Assembly: GCA_036867785.1 (NCBI GenBank)
Contig: CP145415.1
Span: forward strand, 434,001-498,000
Reading direction: 5' to 3'
Length of the DNA stretch: 64,000 bases
DNA from: Plasmodiophora brassicae
Taxonomy: Eukaryota
Part shown: piece after piece, positions 1 to 20,800 of the stretch
How positions within the stretch are numbered: the first letter of the stretch is position 1
Layout: every line of letters begins with the position of its first letter
Notes under the pieces: model-generated
What the model saw: only the letters and a program-made list of their open reading frames with translations
Database searches by the model: none
What the model was told of the DNA's origin: nothing
Position numbers and translations under genes: made by a program

Positions 1-850
1 CCTGGCGACGGCCACCGCCGTGTCGTACCCGGCGGCGTACGACCAGTGCCAGAACACGAACGACCTGGTGAACCTGTGCACCGATGTCTGGTTCGCGTCC
101 TGGGACGTCCTCGTCGTTTACTTCTCCCTGCGCCTGGTCGTCTGCGTCGACGGGTTCTTCATCAGACGGGAGCTGATGCTGATCGCTGCGATGACCCTCG
201 TCCTGGTCGGCCTGTGGCTCGTGCCCGCCCAGACGACGTTCCCGATTGCTCTCGTCGGGTACTGCGTTGTTGTGCTGCTCGACGTGCTGATTTGCTTTTT
301 AATGCCCACTGTCCTGTCGTACACGACGTTCAACAGCCGAGCGGCCGACGACCTGCTGCCCATCACGCTGGACGCGTTCCTGGATCGACACGACCCAGCC
401 CTGGTGGAGGCGTTCGCCGAGTTCCTGTGCCTCGAGTTCTCGGTCGAGAACCTCCAGTTCCTGCTCGCTGTGCGGCGGTACGCGCGCCGGTTCGCGTCGT
501 CGCGTCGCAGGACGACCTGGATGGCAACAGCATCGCCGCCCCGGTTGTCGCTGGACACGTGGACAACGTCCGACGACGTCGCCGGCATCCAACCCACGTC
601 CAGCGCCAACGACGACGCCCTGTCCATCTACAGCACGTTCGTCGCGGCAGGCGCCCCGCTCGAAGTGAACATCTCGGGCGATATCCGCGACGCCATCACG
701 AAGCAGGTCCTCCTGGAGGCGACGCCTGGCGGCGGCGGCGGCGACGTCTTCGACGACGCCGCCAGGCAGATCCGCTCCATGCTGGAGTTCGGCGCGTTCC
801 ACCGGTTCCTGCATTCGGAAGCGGGTCGGCACGCTCTGCAGACCGGATGA
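1..850 (+). CDS. Membrane-anchored RGS-domain protein (7TM-RGS-like), 5' end outside window
   Basis: Hydrophobic TM-like segments followed by RGS motifs FAEFLCLEFSVENLQF, APLEVNIS and FHRFLHSE; stop at 848-850. Confidence 0.85.
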   Translation, partial: LATATAVSYPAAYDQCQNTNDLVNLCTDVWFASWDVLVVYFSLRLVVCVDGFFIRRELMLIAAMTLVLVGLWLVPAQTTFPIALVGYCVVVLLDVLICFLMPTVLSYTTFNSRAADDLLPITLDAFLDRHDPALVEAFAEFLCLEFSVENLQFLLAVRRYARRFASSRRRTTWMATASPPRLSLDTWTTSDDVAGIQPTSSANDDALSIYSTFVAAGAPLEVNISGDIRDAITKQVLLEATPGGGGGDVFDDAARQIRSMLEFGAFHRFLHSEAGRHALQTG

Positions 851-888
851 TAAACTGTGTGCATAGGGCGGACACACTCGCGTGTCGT

Positions 889-1427
889 TTACTGTGCGGA
901 GGAGGCCTGGGCGGCGGCGCGGGCCCGCAACTCGTTCTGGGCGTTCGTGAACAGCTCCTGGATCTGCTGCACCTTCTGCTTCGACTTGTTCTGCTCGTCG
1001 CGCTTCGTGTTCAGCTCCTTGTCGATCGAGGCCAGCTGGCCCTGCATGAACGCCATCCGTTTCGCCGTGTTGCCCTTGGCTTCGTCCAGGTCCTGTCGAC
1101 ACCCCGAGGTAAGACAGTGGGCATCGAGCGCACGACGACGACGACGACGGCGTACTACCTGCTTGACGAGGACGGGGCCGAACATCTTGTAGACGGCACC
1201 ATCGGATTCATCGACGAGGGCGAGCCTGCGGATCAGGGTCAGGGTTCGCTGAACGCAACGCAGTGGTCTGCGGCTGACTCGCTCTGTACGTCGGCCGTCT
1301 CCTGGATCTGCGCCAGCAGCCTGGCCTTGTTGGCCTGCAGATTCTGTATGGGCGCGTTGAACGCCTGGAACGTCTTGTACTCGGCCTGGTAGGCCTCCTG
1401 CACCCGGGTCATCATGTGCTGGTCCAT
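889..1427 (-). CDS. PFDN6: Prefoldin beta-type subunit (PFDN6-like), 3 exons
   Basis: Exons join as MDQHMM...QETADVQSE / LALVDESDGAVYKMFGPVLVKQ / DLDEAKGNTAKRM...; VYKxxGPVLVKQ is the beta-prefoldin hairpin motif. Confidence 0.8.
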
Positions 1428-1697
1428 GGTCGTCGTCGCACGTCGCGTCACGGACTCCGAGCTGCCTGCGTCTGCGTCGATCTACTGCCGCCGCCGCGCA
1501 ACGATCCGACCCCCGATGTGCGACTTGGTCAGCACGCCGTCTCGATGGGCGGCGTGCTGGCCAAGGGGGGAGGCGCACCAGATCGTCGACGGCGTGTATC
1601 GTCGCAACGCGATGGTCGACCTTTGGAAACGTCGCCGTCCGGCGTACTATCTCGAAACCAGGTAACTGACACGCTTGGCGGTCCACATATAGCCGCG

Positions 1698-1769
1698 TTC
1701 GGTATAGTTCAGGGGTCAGAATACGGCGCTTTCACCGCCGAGACCCGGGTTCGATTCCCGGTACCGAAA
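1698..1769 (+). tRNA. tRNA-Glu(TTC)
   Basis: Acceptor stem TTCGGTA/TACCGAA; anticodon arm CGGCG-CT-TTC-AC-CGCCG; T arm CCGGG-TTCGATT-CCCGG. Confidence 0.95.
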
Positions 1770-1903
1770 CGACTTCGCCGGTTTCTTTTTGCCGGGCGAG
1801 CTGTGATGCAGTCTGGGGAACAGGGCGGTGGTCTCCTTCCTCCTTCCTGCACCGTTTGCAGGACCTGCGAAATCGCAGGGTACAGCGAGTCGATCCACTA
1901 GAG

Positions 1904-2314
1904 ATGACGTCATCGACGCCATCGTCGGTGACGCAAGGAGAGTCGTACCAGGCAGCGGAGGCGTACTTCAAACAGCATGGCATCTTGCCGTTGTTTGACA
2001 AGCTGTGCGCCAGCTTGCTGTACGCGAAACCGGATAATCCAAGGGCGTTCCTGACCGCCCAGCTCAAGAAGCTCGAGCAGCGAGGCGGCGCATTGAAGGA
2101 CATTGAGTTCTATACGGACGAGGACCTTGCGGGCATGTTCAGCGTCCTCGATCCTCTGCAGCGAGGCCAAATCACAGCGGACGATGCGCGCAAAGGGCTG
2201 GTTATGCTGGGCATACCGCAAGACATAGCCGTCGACGAGAAGATGGAGCAGTCCCTGAATCGGGTCATGTTCATCGCAATGGCCCGTGGTCTACTTGACA
2301 AGACTGGCATTTGA
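1904..2314 (+). CDS. EFCAB10-like protein (dimerisation/docking domain + EF-hand)
   Basis: AEAYFKQHGILPLFDKLCASLLYAKPDNPRAFL (RIIa/Dpy-30-like) followed by MFSVLDPLQRGQIT (EF-hand-like). Confidence 0.75.
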   Translation: MTSSTPSSVTQGESYQAAEAYFKQHGILPLFDKLCASLLYAKPDNPRAFLTAQLKKLEQRGGALKDIEFYTDEDLAGMFSVLDPLQRGQITADDARKGLVMLGIPQDIAVDEKMEQSLNRVMFIAMARGLLDKTGI

Positions 2315-2550
2315 GTACGTACGGACGACGTGGAGAATCAATGTGATACACCAAGGCCGACCGTCAGTGACGTCAGCAGCTCTGCTGGGGGAACAGTGCT
2401 CGTGAGAAGAGATAATTACGACGGCACCGTATATCATTTCGTTTTCCCGAGCGACTTGGACCGTTGTCGTGGGTGCGAGGCAGCGCCAGGCTTCCTGAAA
2501 CGAACCAGAAAGTCACGACGCCGATAGAGAGTGTGTCCGACGACAGAGCA

Positions 2551-5151
2551 TTACTGTTCCTTTGATGAGGAGACGGATAACGATTTTCGTCTTCGCTTCG
2601 CAGGAGGCGGTGGAAGTGGATCCTGCAGCCCCTTCAGCGACCGGCGAAAGACACACCATCGTCGGCGCACGCCTACCTCACGAGCAGTGTAAACTTGGCT
2701 TGATTCGGCGACGAACCGTTCAGAGAGCCAGAACTTCAACGGCGGCATGCATCGTCGCCCCGATCGCGACGTGCGCAGACCTCTGGCCTATTGACGACAA
2801 CGACGTCAGAGAAAACGACCATGCCCGTCATGATGGGGTACCTCGTTCACGGGAACCACGTGCGTGAGAGAGATGTCAACCTGATCATGCAATCGGAATC
2901 GTATGGTAGCGAAGACGAATTACGGGAGGTACCTTGGCAACTGGACTCGTCGTTACAGGTGGTCGAGATCGCTTCCTAGACTCAGACAGCTGAGGAGCCA
3001 TGTTCTCCACAGGTGTAGCAGAAGACCGATCTGGAGGTCTTGGACTAGCCTTCTGTTTCATCTCAGCGGGCCCCACAGGACGATCCGGCGTGGCGGCCGC
3101 AGTTTCTGACACTTTCCTGATAGGCTTGCTCAAGCTCTTCTTGGACTTCGATGCCGTGGTTGGCGTCTTCGACGCTGATTCAACGGCAGTGCTGGCCTTG
3201 GAAGCCGATTTCTTGGGCATAACTTCTGCAGCTTTGGAAGCCGATTTCTTGGGCATAACTTCCGCAGCCTTGGAAGCCGATGTCTTGGGCGTAACGTCTG
3301 CGTTATGCTTAGCGGGTTTCGTCGCGAATTTCTTGGAGACGGTTCCCGTGCTTCGTCTGGCAGGGTTTGGAGCCGATTTCTTGGACGCACTTTCCACGAC
3401 GTGCTTGGCGCCCGTCTCCGCCGTATCGTTTACAGCGGTCTCGGCATCGTTCTCAGACAGCGGTGCCATGTGATCCGTGGAGGCGGCATCCACGCGACCA
3501 ACAGCTGCCTTCATGTCCTCGGCCCAGCTTTCAGGCAAACCTGATTCGAATTTGGCAATGACAGCACTACCATATCCAGCTCTTTGCATAGCGACGCGGT
3601 TGATCGATCCCAGAAGCACTGCACAAAAGCAGTCAGCACTGAGCACCGGTCGGACCCCGCGTGTTCCCAAACCGTAGCGGTTCCCTTCAATGACTGCTAG
3701 AGTCTGAGAGCGCCGCTGAAGAATTCGACCGTCGACGCGATTCGTCGTTTTTGAATCCACTCCTGATATGACTGGGAACGATCCTTCCATCGACACGTGC
3801 CATCCATCCAGGCAAATGCAGTCGAAGCCTCCTTTCGTTGCGACGCGCTCAGGCCCGGGCGCTTTCTTGGTACCTGCCGGACCAAATTAGTACGCCTGTG
3901 TACCGAACAGACACACCAATGAAGTGTCCAACCCGAGTGGGCTTGTTCCGTCGAACGTTGTTTGCGTGGCGTCGACTTGTTCTTGGAGGGCCGTTCGGTA
4001 GATGCCACCTTTCCATCACGGCTGTCCTCGCTTTGCTGGTCGCCCACAGACTTGACCGAAGTTGGAGTTAGTGCCACCTTTGCTGCCGCCATGCGTTCCT
4101 GTTGCAATTGCAGACGTCGCGCGAACGCGGGAGATGGACCCGTCGGACCAGGCGTCGACGAAATCAACGACAATATGGCGGACGTTGACGATGATCCGGT
4201 GCGGTTCTGGAGAGCCCGCACAACGGCCGATCCAGACACCGACGGCTTCTTCCTTGGGCTCTTTGAAACACTGGCTGGGGCGGCTCTCAGGGGCGACTTC
4301 AACGCAACCGGTGACGGTTCCGGTGCTTCAGATGGTATCCTCTCTGGAGCATCCCCGGACGGCAACGCACCCTCGGGCACGTCTTTCGGCGTTTGCACAG
4401 GGGCAACGGGATTCGTCTCGACAATCGCAACCGGTGCCCCCGACGGGACAGGCGACCTTCCACATGCAGGGGGCCTGGCCGTTGCTGTCGACGCCGGCGT
4501 CGGCGAGCGTGGTGGTGACGGCGAACCTTGTTGCGGGCAGGGCGATAACAGCGCCTCCTCCGCGCCGGTGATCGCCGGAGCCGCAGGGGAATCGCGGTCC
4601 TGCGCGGGTCTCTTTGGCGATCCCGACGCATGACGTGGAGGCGACGGATACTTTTCAACGACGAGACGTCTGGCCATGGCGCCAGCCTGCCAGTATGGCG
4701 CCGATGATTGCGCGTTCGCCGCCGCCGCCGCTACCTGGTCGAACCACGGTTTGTTCGTGCCGATGTCGCCGAACATCACGGTCTGGTCGGCCTTGACCGG
4801 GGCAGGGGAAAACGGAAGTTGCAATGCGTTCCGGGCCGCATCGGCGAGCGGTGGCACAGGAGGGACTCTGGCCGGCGCTGCGGGTTCCGACGGCGTAAAC
4901 GACCCTGGGAGATACTTGGACAGGCGATGCGATGACGTCATCGCAGGCGATTGCGTTGGCCACTCCGGGACAGGCGGCGACCGAAACGGAGACGGGGCGC
5001 CGCCGAGCCGCGACTGGATGGCCTTCGGCATTGGGCTCGCACGCCTCAGCGCATCGAGGCGCGCGTCCACCTCCTGGCGCCTAGCGAACGACATCGGCGC
5101 GCGATGCACGGCGGGTCGCAGAGGCGCCGGCGACCCGTCCGCCGCCGACAT
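2551..5151 (-). CDS. KNL2: KNL2/M18BP1-like CENP-A loading factor (SANTA domain + CENPC-k motif), multi-exon
   Basis: SANTA-like segments ...WIQKRRIASTVEF... and VLLGSIN...YGSAVIAKFESGLPESW; late exon RTSRSGRRCMPPLKFWLSER (~2716-2775) matches the CENP-C-like motif. Confidence 0.7.
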
Positions 5152-5469
5152 GGCCAGACCCCCCGGAACCCCGAACGCCTCACGCACTTCGAAAATGCAC
5201 AATGGCGACTACGTACTGTACAGCCCGCCCGCCCGTCAGGCGCGCCCCGAACCAACACTGCAACTGCAGTCGTAACTGCGTCGCGTCAGGGCGCCCGCAA
5301 GTCGGAACTACTCACCTGCGGGCTGCATGGCGGCGGCAGTGTGTTGGCGGGTCGGCCAGTCACGCAACGTTCAACATTTGCGTCGGTGGTCGCCGGCTGA
5401 GCGTTACGTCGTGACGCGACGGGGGCCGACCGTCATTTTGCATTTCGGCTGAGGGCGGGTGGGGTGACG

Positions 5470-6986
5470 ATGGCGACGGCACGGGCGCAGCGCCTGCTGA
5501 GCCAGTGCGAGACGGCGGCGGCGGGGCCGGCGCCGAAGAAGAAGCCGGTCAACGTGGTCGTCACGGGCGCCGCCGGCAACATTGCGTACAGCATCGTGTT
5601 CCACATCGGCGCCGGCCTCATGCTGGGCGATGATCAGCCCATCAACCTGATCCTTCTGGATATGTCGGGCGCCGTCCTTGCCCGTTCCGTTCGCACCTCG
5701 CTGATGTTGCCCTGGTCGTGTCCGTCAGCCCCGGAATGGAGAAGAAGATGGAGGGCGTCGCTATGGAGCTGCGCGATTGCGCATTCCCGCTACTGACGAA
5801 GATTGTTTCCACGACGGATTACAAGACCGCGTTCACCGACTGCCATATCGCCCTGCTGATTGGTAACACGACGCGTTGCGGTTGTTTGCTTGACTGACGC
5901 CCCTACGTGGTAGGCGCTCGCCCGCGAGGGCCCGGCATGCAGCGGGCGGACCTGCTCTCTGCAAACGCGAAGATCTTTGCGGGCCAAGGCAAGGCACTTG
6001 ACCAGTACGCGAACAAGAACGTCAAGGTCATGCGGCGTGCTGATCAATTGCGCTGCCGTCCTTGTATTGAGACGTTTGTGCCAGGTTTTGGTGGTCGGGA
6101 ACCCTGCCAATACCAACGCGCTCCTGACGGCTCTGAATGCGCCAAGCATACCTAAGCAAAACATTACGGCCTTGACACGACTCGACCAGAATCGTGCCAG
6201 TACGTTCGATTGTCCTGCTCCGCTGGATGGCACGGTAACCCCCGCTTAGTTGCCCAGGTTGCTGGCAAGCTGAACGTTCCGGTTGGTACTCTTTCGGGAT
6301 GTATTATATGGGGTCTGATAGAGCCTATTCGAATGCATTCGGTGTAAGTGTACTGAGCGGATCTCTGTGCGTCAGGTAACCATAGCAAGACTCAGTATCC
6401 CGATATCAACCATGGGTCCGTGATCGGCATTGGTGGTTCTAGGACGCCTCTCCCGAAAGCGGTTGCCGACAAAAAGTGGGTTCAGAACGAGTTTCTGACG
6501 ACTGTACAGGACAGGTATCCTTTGACGTCCTACATGTGTTGCGCCGTTCAGCTAAACTGCTAACTAGGGGAGCTGCTATTATCCAGGTGTGACGACGTTG
6601 CTCTGTTATGTATCGGTTCGGCGCACTTACTCTTACAGGCACGAGGGCTGTCCAGTGCTGCCAGCGCAGGGATTGCTGCAGTAAATCATATCAGGGACTG
6701 GGTCAAAGGAACGGCCCCGGGACAGATTGTTTCTATGGCAGTGTACTCCGACGGGAAACACTACAACATCCCCAAAGATATTGTGTACGGCTCCCGGCCT
6801 TCGCGGGCAGGCGAGGACCCGTGGTGATGACACGTCCTGTTTAGGTACTCTTTCCCTGTCACGTGCAAGAACGGAACTTGGACCATCGTTGATGGTCTGA
6901 AGATTGACGAATTCTCCCGCAAGAAGATGGATTTGTCAGCCGCTGAGCTTCTCGAGGAGAAGCAGTTGGCACTTGCGATGGAGTAG
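5470..6986 (+). CDS. MDH1: Malate dehydrogenase, cytosolic MDH1 type, multi-exon
   Basis: [16 protein letters not shown]-binding motif, [32 protein letters not shown]; stop TAG at 6984-6986. Confidence 0.93.
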
Positions 6987-7078
6987 GACTTATTGCCATT
7001 CGCAATACACGAAACGTCCGATCGGACTTGATTGCGTAAATACAATTGTCGATGTAAGGTTTATGCTGATCCGGACGA

Positions 7079-14708
<7,630 letters not shown>

Positions 14709-17358
14709 CCGCGTCGGCACAGTATTTCAACGGGTTCGAAGGCGCCTACAGACGACTCCGCATAGCGTGTCAACACGTCGTCCCCAGACGGTCTGTCGAG
14801 CTTGGCCGCTCTCTCGCACAAAAAATCGGACCAGCGCCTGGGGTTGCATTCTCTGGCCGTCCATCAAAACCCTGCGCGAAATTCATTAAGGTGAATAATC
14901 TCCCAGTATAGTAATGCCAACGGGTCGACCCGAGTCGGGCGAGCCAGGGACCTGTCCAGTCGGGTCTGGCCCGAATCTTGCCCTGGCGTCCACAATTCTG
15001 ACTCGGGTCAGACTCGAGTCGACCCAGGTCATGCATGAGTTGCATGCCACTTTCGTGCCTGCAGAAGGCCATGCTCGACGATTCACTGCAGACGAAATCG
15101 ACCTCGCCGCAAACGGTTCCAACGTCGTTGGCCGATAGTGATTCCTCGAGTCCAACCAAACGAATACGCCGGAGCTCGAGTCCAACCAGTTACGTTGGCG
15201 ATAACGCCAACGTCGGGATACAAGCTGGTGTTGTTGAAATCATTGATCCAGGGACCATATTCGAACGGCCCAGCATACAGACGAAGTCGACGTCGATGTT
15301 CGCACGACGACGTTTACGGGTTCTAGGATCGCGAGTCTTCAGACCGAGAACGCTGCGCACTAGGACGGCGTTGTTTGGAACCGCCTACTCCATCGCCCAT
15401 CGGGAACCAGGGGCTAAAGGAAGTCGACTTCTCGGGAATCACGTAACCGGGAAACTGGATAACGCAGGCCCCACCGCCAACATAGTCATTATCAGCGTGT
15501 TCAACCTGCCACCATCTACACAACAGTGGGGTCACCTTTCTGATAACAGCGGACAGATACTATGTGCCTAACTTGTCACAATAGAAACATTCCAGCTCGA
15601 ACGTTGAAGCGTCTGAAGTCGCTGCTGGGCATGGGAAGCCCAGGCGGGCAATCCTTCGAATGGATCCCAAGTATTGCCAGCCATATTCTCCAACGGTCAA
15701 GACAAGGTGGTTGCTTCTCCTTGGTTCGTCGCCATGTCCCTCGAGGTTGGCCTTCCAGAGGCAGTTGCCTATTACACCGGCCATGTAGCGGTTCATGGCA
15801 TGTGTGCACTGTGAATAAAATGCCAAAGGACGCTTGATTGAATACCTCGCACGTTGTCGGCAGATGGCGGACTCCAGCGACCGTCTTGCAGAACTTGTCA
15901 AACATTCGGATGTGACATATCTTGGAAAAGTTCTCGATACTGGCACGCGTTTCCTTGTGGAACATCTGGCATACTCTTCGGTAGTATTGCACGAAAGGCG
16001 AGTTCCGGTAATGCGCCCAGTCATCGGTCCATAGGTGGTGATGCAAATGGCACCGATCATCGTCCGGCAATGTACTCTGCGCAGCTAAAGCATCGTCGAT
16101 CCCGTATGAGGATCCATACACGACAGCTTGTGACTACAGGGTATCGACATCTTGAACCGGTCAGGGTAGAGAAACCTGCCACCCGTGATCAGCCATGTGG
16201 TCCAACATCCGATTGGTCGACATAGAGGCGACACTGGACTTTCTTCGAGAAGCGACAGTGGACTTTCTTCGAGAACGACGAATTCGGTAGCGGCGATGGT
16301 TCACGAACCGGTGACGTGAACCATCGCCGCTTCCGAATGCGTCGTCGCCTCTGGAAGAAACGCCTGTGGCGATGCACTCAGGGACAATGGGGACGGGCGT
16401 ACTTCAGGTGGGGACGACGACGATTTCGCCAACGCGCCTCGACGCCGCCGCTTTCGTAGTGGCAACACTGTTGTTTCAAGCCGGGGGATGACATCGATGG
16501 CGCTCGCAGCTGCAGTCCGGGGTGCGCGCTGCCTGGGCAGCTGGGCCAGGCCGTCCAGGGACAGGATACATTTGCTGTTGTCTTCCAGTACAAGATTTGC
16601 CTGTATTGTTGAATACGTTGTTGAGAGTATTTTGACACTATGTGAAGAAAAGGACATACGCTCACGCTGGCACTACGCTGTTACTGAACGCATCGATAGT
16701 GCCATGTTCCCTGCCAATAGATATCGAATACAGTACTGCGGGCAACAGCACCGCGCAAACACCACGACTGCGATCAGTCGTACATCAGCAGGCCTCTTTA
16801 TTTACGGACCAATCCGTACAATCCGTAAATAAGCTATTTACGGATGGACTACAGAGTTATATACGGATCCGTACGGATCCCTTAACGCATAGCGACATAG
16901 GGGGCAGTGACAATGTCTGGGAGTACTTTACTGACCTACTCAAACGTTAATGACTGCAGATATTCGTATTGCATGCAGTGCTGGCATCCTTCAAGGGATA
17001 AATCTGTAATCGCGACACGGAACTGGTCCTTCAGGGACTTCACGATCGAAAAATCGCTCTCGACCTGAGCGTTATGCGGGAAAACGGTCGCAATGCCACC
17101 ACAGAACTGTTGAAGGATGGGGAAGCGGTCTTTAACCGCTTTCCAACTGTCGTCGAAAGCAGAGCTTGAATCCAGACCATCCAGAGAGGCACGAAGAGTC
17201 GGCTCCATGGTATATGCTGAACACAACTCTCTATGTTGCTGTTCGATCAGGTCGATGTCGGTGCGGGTCCACTGCACCAAGAGACGAGAAGTTTGGCTAC
17301 GGACAACTGAGCAGAACTCCCTCGGCGGCAAGCGAACGAGTTCCTGTGGAGTGACTGG

Positions 17359-17450
17359 TGTCACGATCAGGCAAGCTGATGCAACGAACGCTTTGACGGA
17401 CTGGCGAAGTCCGTCGCGGGGTTCTCGGTTTATTCCGGACAGTCCTCACA
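17359..17450 (-). repeat. 3' LTR (92 bp)
   Basis: TGTCACGATC...GTCCTCACA, identical to 22783-22874. Confidence 0.93.
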
Positions 17451-17499
17451 TAATAGTCCCCTTCTAGCGATGGGCCTCTGACGGGTCCGGGATAGAAGG

Positions 17500-17805
17500 G
17501 CAGACGGATGGCCTCTGATGGGTCGCAGACGAACGGACAGGCGGATGAGCAGGCAGACGGGCGGGCAGACGGACGGACAGACGAACGGACAGGCGGATGA
17601 GCAGGCAGACGGGCGGGCAGACGGACGGACAGACGAACGGTGAGCAGGCAGACGGGCGGGCAGACGGACGGACAGACGGACGAACGGGCAGACGGACGGA
17701 CAGACGGACGAACGGGCAGACGGACGGACAGACGGACGAACGGGCAGACGGACGGATTAGCAGACGGACGGAGAGACGGGCGGGCGGGCAGACGGACGAA
17801 CAGGT
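17500..17805. repeat. GACG/GGCAGACG low-complexity tract
   Basis: Repeated GGGCAGACGGACGGACAGACG units; almost no T on the + strand. Confidence 0.85.
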
Positions 17806-17831
17806 TTGGTTAGTGACAGCACGTCGCAACC

Positions 17832-20800
17832 GAGGCCTTGACGTTGTGCAGGAGATGCCGAGGCGGGATCGACACTGGCGGACGGACGGACGGGTAGAGA
17901 CAGCAAGCGGTCAGGGAAACACCGGCGGCCTGGGAGGCAAACAGCACGGCGGGACACGCGCACTCTGGAACTTGGACCAGCTGCGACCGAGGCCTTGACG
18001 TTGTGCAGGAGATGCCGAGGCGGGATCGGCACGGACGGACGGGAAGAGACAGCAAGTGGTCAGGGGAACACCGGTGGCCTGAGAGGCATACAGCACGGCG
18101 GGACACGTACTCTGGGACTTGGACCAGGTACGACCAAGGCCTTGACGTTCTGCGGGGAATGCCGAGGCGAGATCGGCACGGACGGACGGACGGGCGGGAA
18201 GAGACAGCAAGCGGTCAGGGGAACACCGGTGGCCTGAGAGGCATACAGCACGGCGGGACACGCACTCTGGGACTTGGACCAGGTACGACCGAGGCCTTGA
18301 CGTTCTGCGGGGGATGCCGAGGCGAGATCGGCACGGACGGACGGACGGGCGGGAAGAGACAGCAAGCGGTCAGGGGAACACCTGTGGCCTGAGAGGCATA
18401 CAGCACGGCGGGACACGCACTCTGGGACTTGGACCAGGTACGACCGAGGCCTTGACGTTCTGCGGGGGATGCCGAGGCGAGATCGGCACGGACGGACGGG
18501 AAGAGACAGCAAGCGGTCAGGGGAACACCGGTGGCCTGAGAGGCATACAGCACGGCGGGACACGCACTCTGGGACTTGGACCAGGTACCACCGAGGCCTT
18601 GACGTTCTGCGGGGGATGCCGAGGCGAGATCGGCACGGACGGACGGGAAGAGACAGCAAGCGGTCAGGGGAACACCGGTGGCCTGAGAGGCATACAGCAC
18701 GGCGGGACACGCACTCTGGGACTTGGACCAGGTACGACCGAGGCCTTGACGTTCTGCGGGGGATGCCGAGGCGAGATCGGCACGGACGGACGGGAAGAGA
18801 CAGCAAGCGGTCAGGGGAACACCGGTGGCCTGAGAGGCATACAGCACGGCGGGACACGCACTCTGGGACTTGGACCAGGTACGACCGAGGCCTTGACGTT
18901 CTGCGGGGGATGCCGAGGCGAGATCGGCACGGACGGACGGGAAGAGACAGCAAGCGGTCAGGGGAACACCGGTGGCCTGAGAGGCATACAGCACGGCGGG
19001 ACACGCACTCTGGGACTTGGACCAGGTACGACCGAGGCCTTGACGTTCTGCGGGGGATGCCGAGGCGAGATCGGCACGGACGGACGGGAAGAGACAGCAA
19101 GCGGTCAGGGGAACACCGGTGGCCTGAGAGGCATACAGCACGGCGGGACACGCACTCTGGGACTTGGACCAGGTACGACCGAGGCCTTGACGTTCTGCGG
19201 GGGATGCCGAGGCGAGATCGGCACGGACGGACGGGAAGAGACAGCAAGCGGTCAGGGGAACACCGGTGGCCTGAGAGGCATACAGCACGGCGGGACACGC
19301 ACTCTGGGACTTGGACCAGGTACCACCGAGGCCTTGACGTTCTGCGGGGGATGCCGAGGCGAGATCGGCACGGACGGACGGGAAGAGACAGCAAGCGGTC
19401 AGGGGAACACCGGTGGCCTGAGAGGCATACAGCACGGCGGGACACGCACTCTGGGACTTGGACCAGGTACGACCGAGGCCTTGACGTTCTGCGGGGGATG
19501 CCGAGGCGAGATCGGCACGGACGGACGGGAAGAGACAGCAAGCGGTCAGGGGAACACCGGTGGCCTGAGAGGCATACAGCACGGCGGGACACGCACTCTG
19601 GGACTTGGACCAGGTACGACCGAGGCCTTGACGTTCTGCGGGGGATGCCGAGGCGAGATCGGCACGGACGGACGGGAAGAGACAGCAAGCGGTCAGGGGA
19701 ACACCGGTGGCCTGAGAGGCATACAGCACGGCGGGACACGCACTCTGGGACTTGGACCAGGTACGACCGAGGCCTTGACGTTCTGCGGGGGATGCCGAGG
19801 CGAGATCGGCACGGACGGACGGGAAGAGACAGCAAGCGGTCAGGGGAACACCGGTGGCCTGAGAGGCATACAGCACGGCGGGACACGCACTCTGGGACTT
19901 GGACCAGGTACGACCGAGGCCTTGACGTTCTGCGGGGGATGCCGAGGCGAGATCGGCACGGACGGACGGGAAGAGACAGCAAGCGGTCAGGGGAACACCG
20001 GTGGCCTGAGAGGCATACAGCACGGCGGGACACGCACTCTGGGACTTGGACCAGGTACGACCGAGGCCTTGACGTTCTGCGGGGGATGCCGAGGCGAGAT
20101 CGGCACGGACGGACGGGAAGAGACAGCAAGCGGTCAGGGGAACACCGGTGGCCTGAGAGGCATACAGCACGGCGGGACACGCACTCTGGGACTTGGACCA
20201 GGTACGACCGAGGCCTTGACGTTCTGCGGGGGATGCCGAGGCGAGATCGGCACGGACGGACGGGAAGAGACAGCAAGCGGTCAGGGGAACACCGGTGGCC
20301 TGAGAGGCATACAGCACGGCGGGACACGCACTCTGGGACTTGGACCAGGTACGACCGAGGCCTTGACGTTCTGCGGGGGATGCCGAGGCGAGATCGGCAC
20401 GGACGGACGGGAAGAGACAGCAAGCGGTCAGGGGAACACCGGTGGCCTGAGAGGCATACAGCACGGCGGGACACGCACTCTGGGACTTGGACCAGGTACC
20501 ACCGAGGCCTTGACGTTCTGCGGGGGATGCCGAGGCGAGATCGGCACGGACGGACGGGAAGAGACAGCAAGCGGTCAGGGGAACACCGGTGGCCTGAGAG
20601 GCATACAGCACGGCGGGACACGCACTCTGGGACTTGGACCAGGTACGACCGAGGCCTTGACGTTCTGCGGGGGATGCCGAGGCGAGATCGGCACGGACGG
20701 ACGGGAAGAGACAGCAAGCGGTCAGGGGAACACCGGTGGCCTGAGAGGCATACAGCACGGCGGGACACGCACTCCGGGACTTGGACCAGGTACGACCGAG

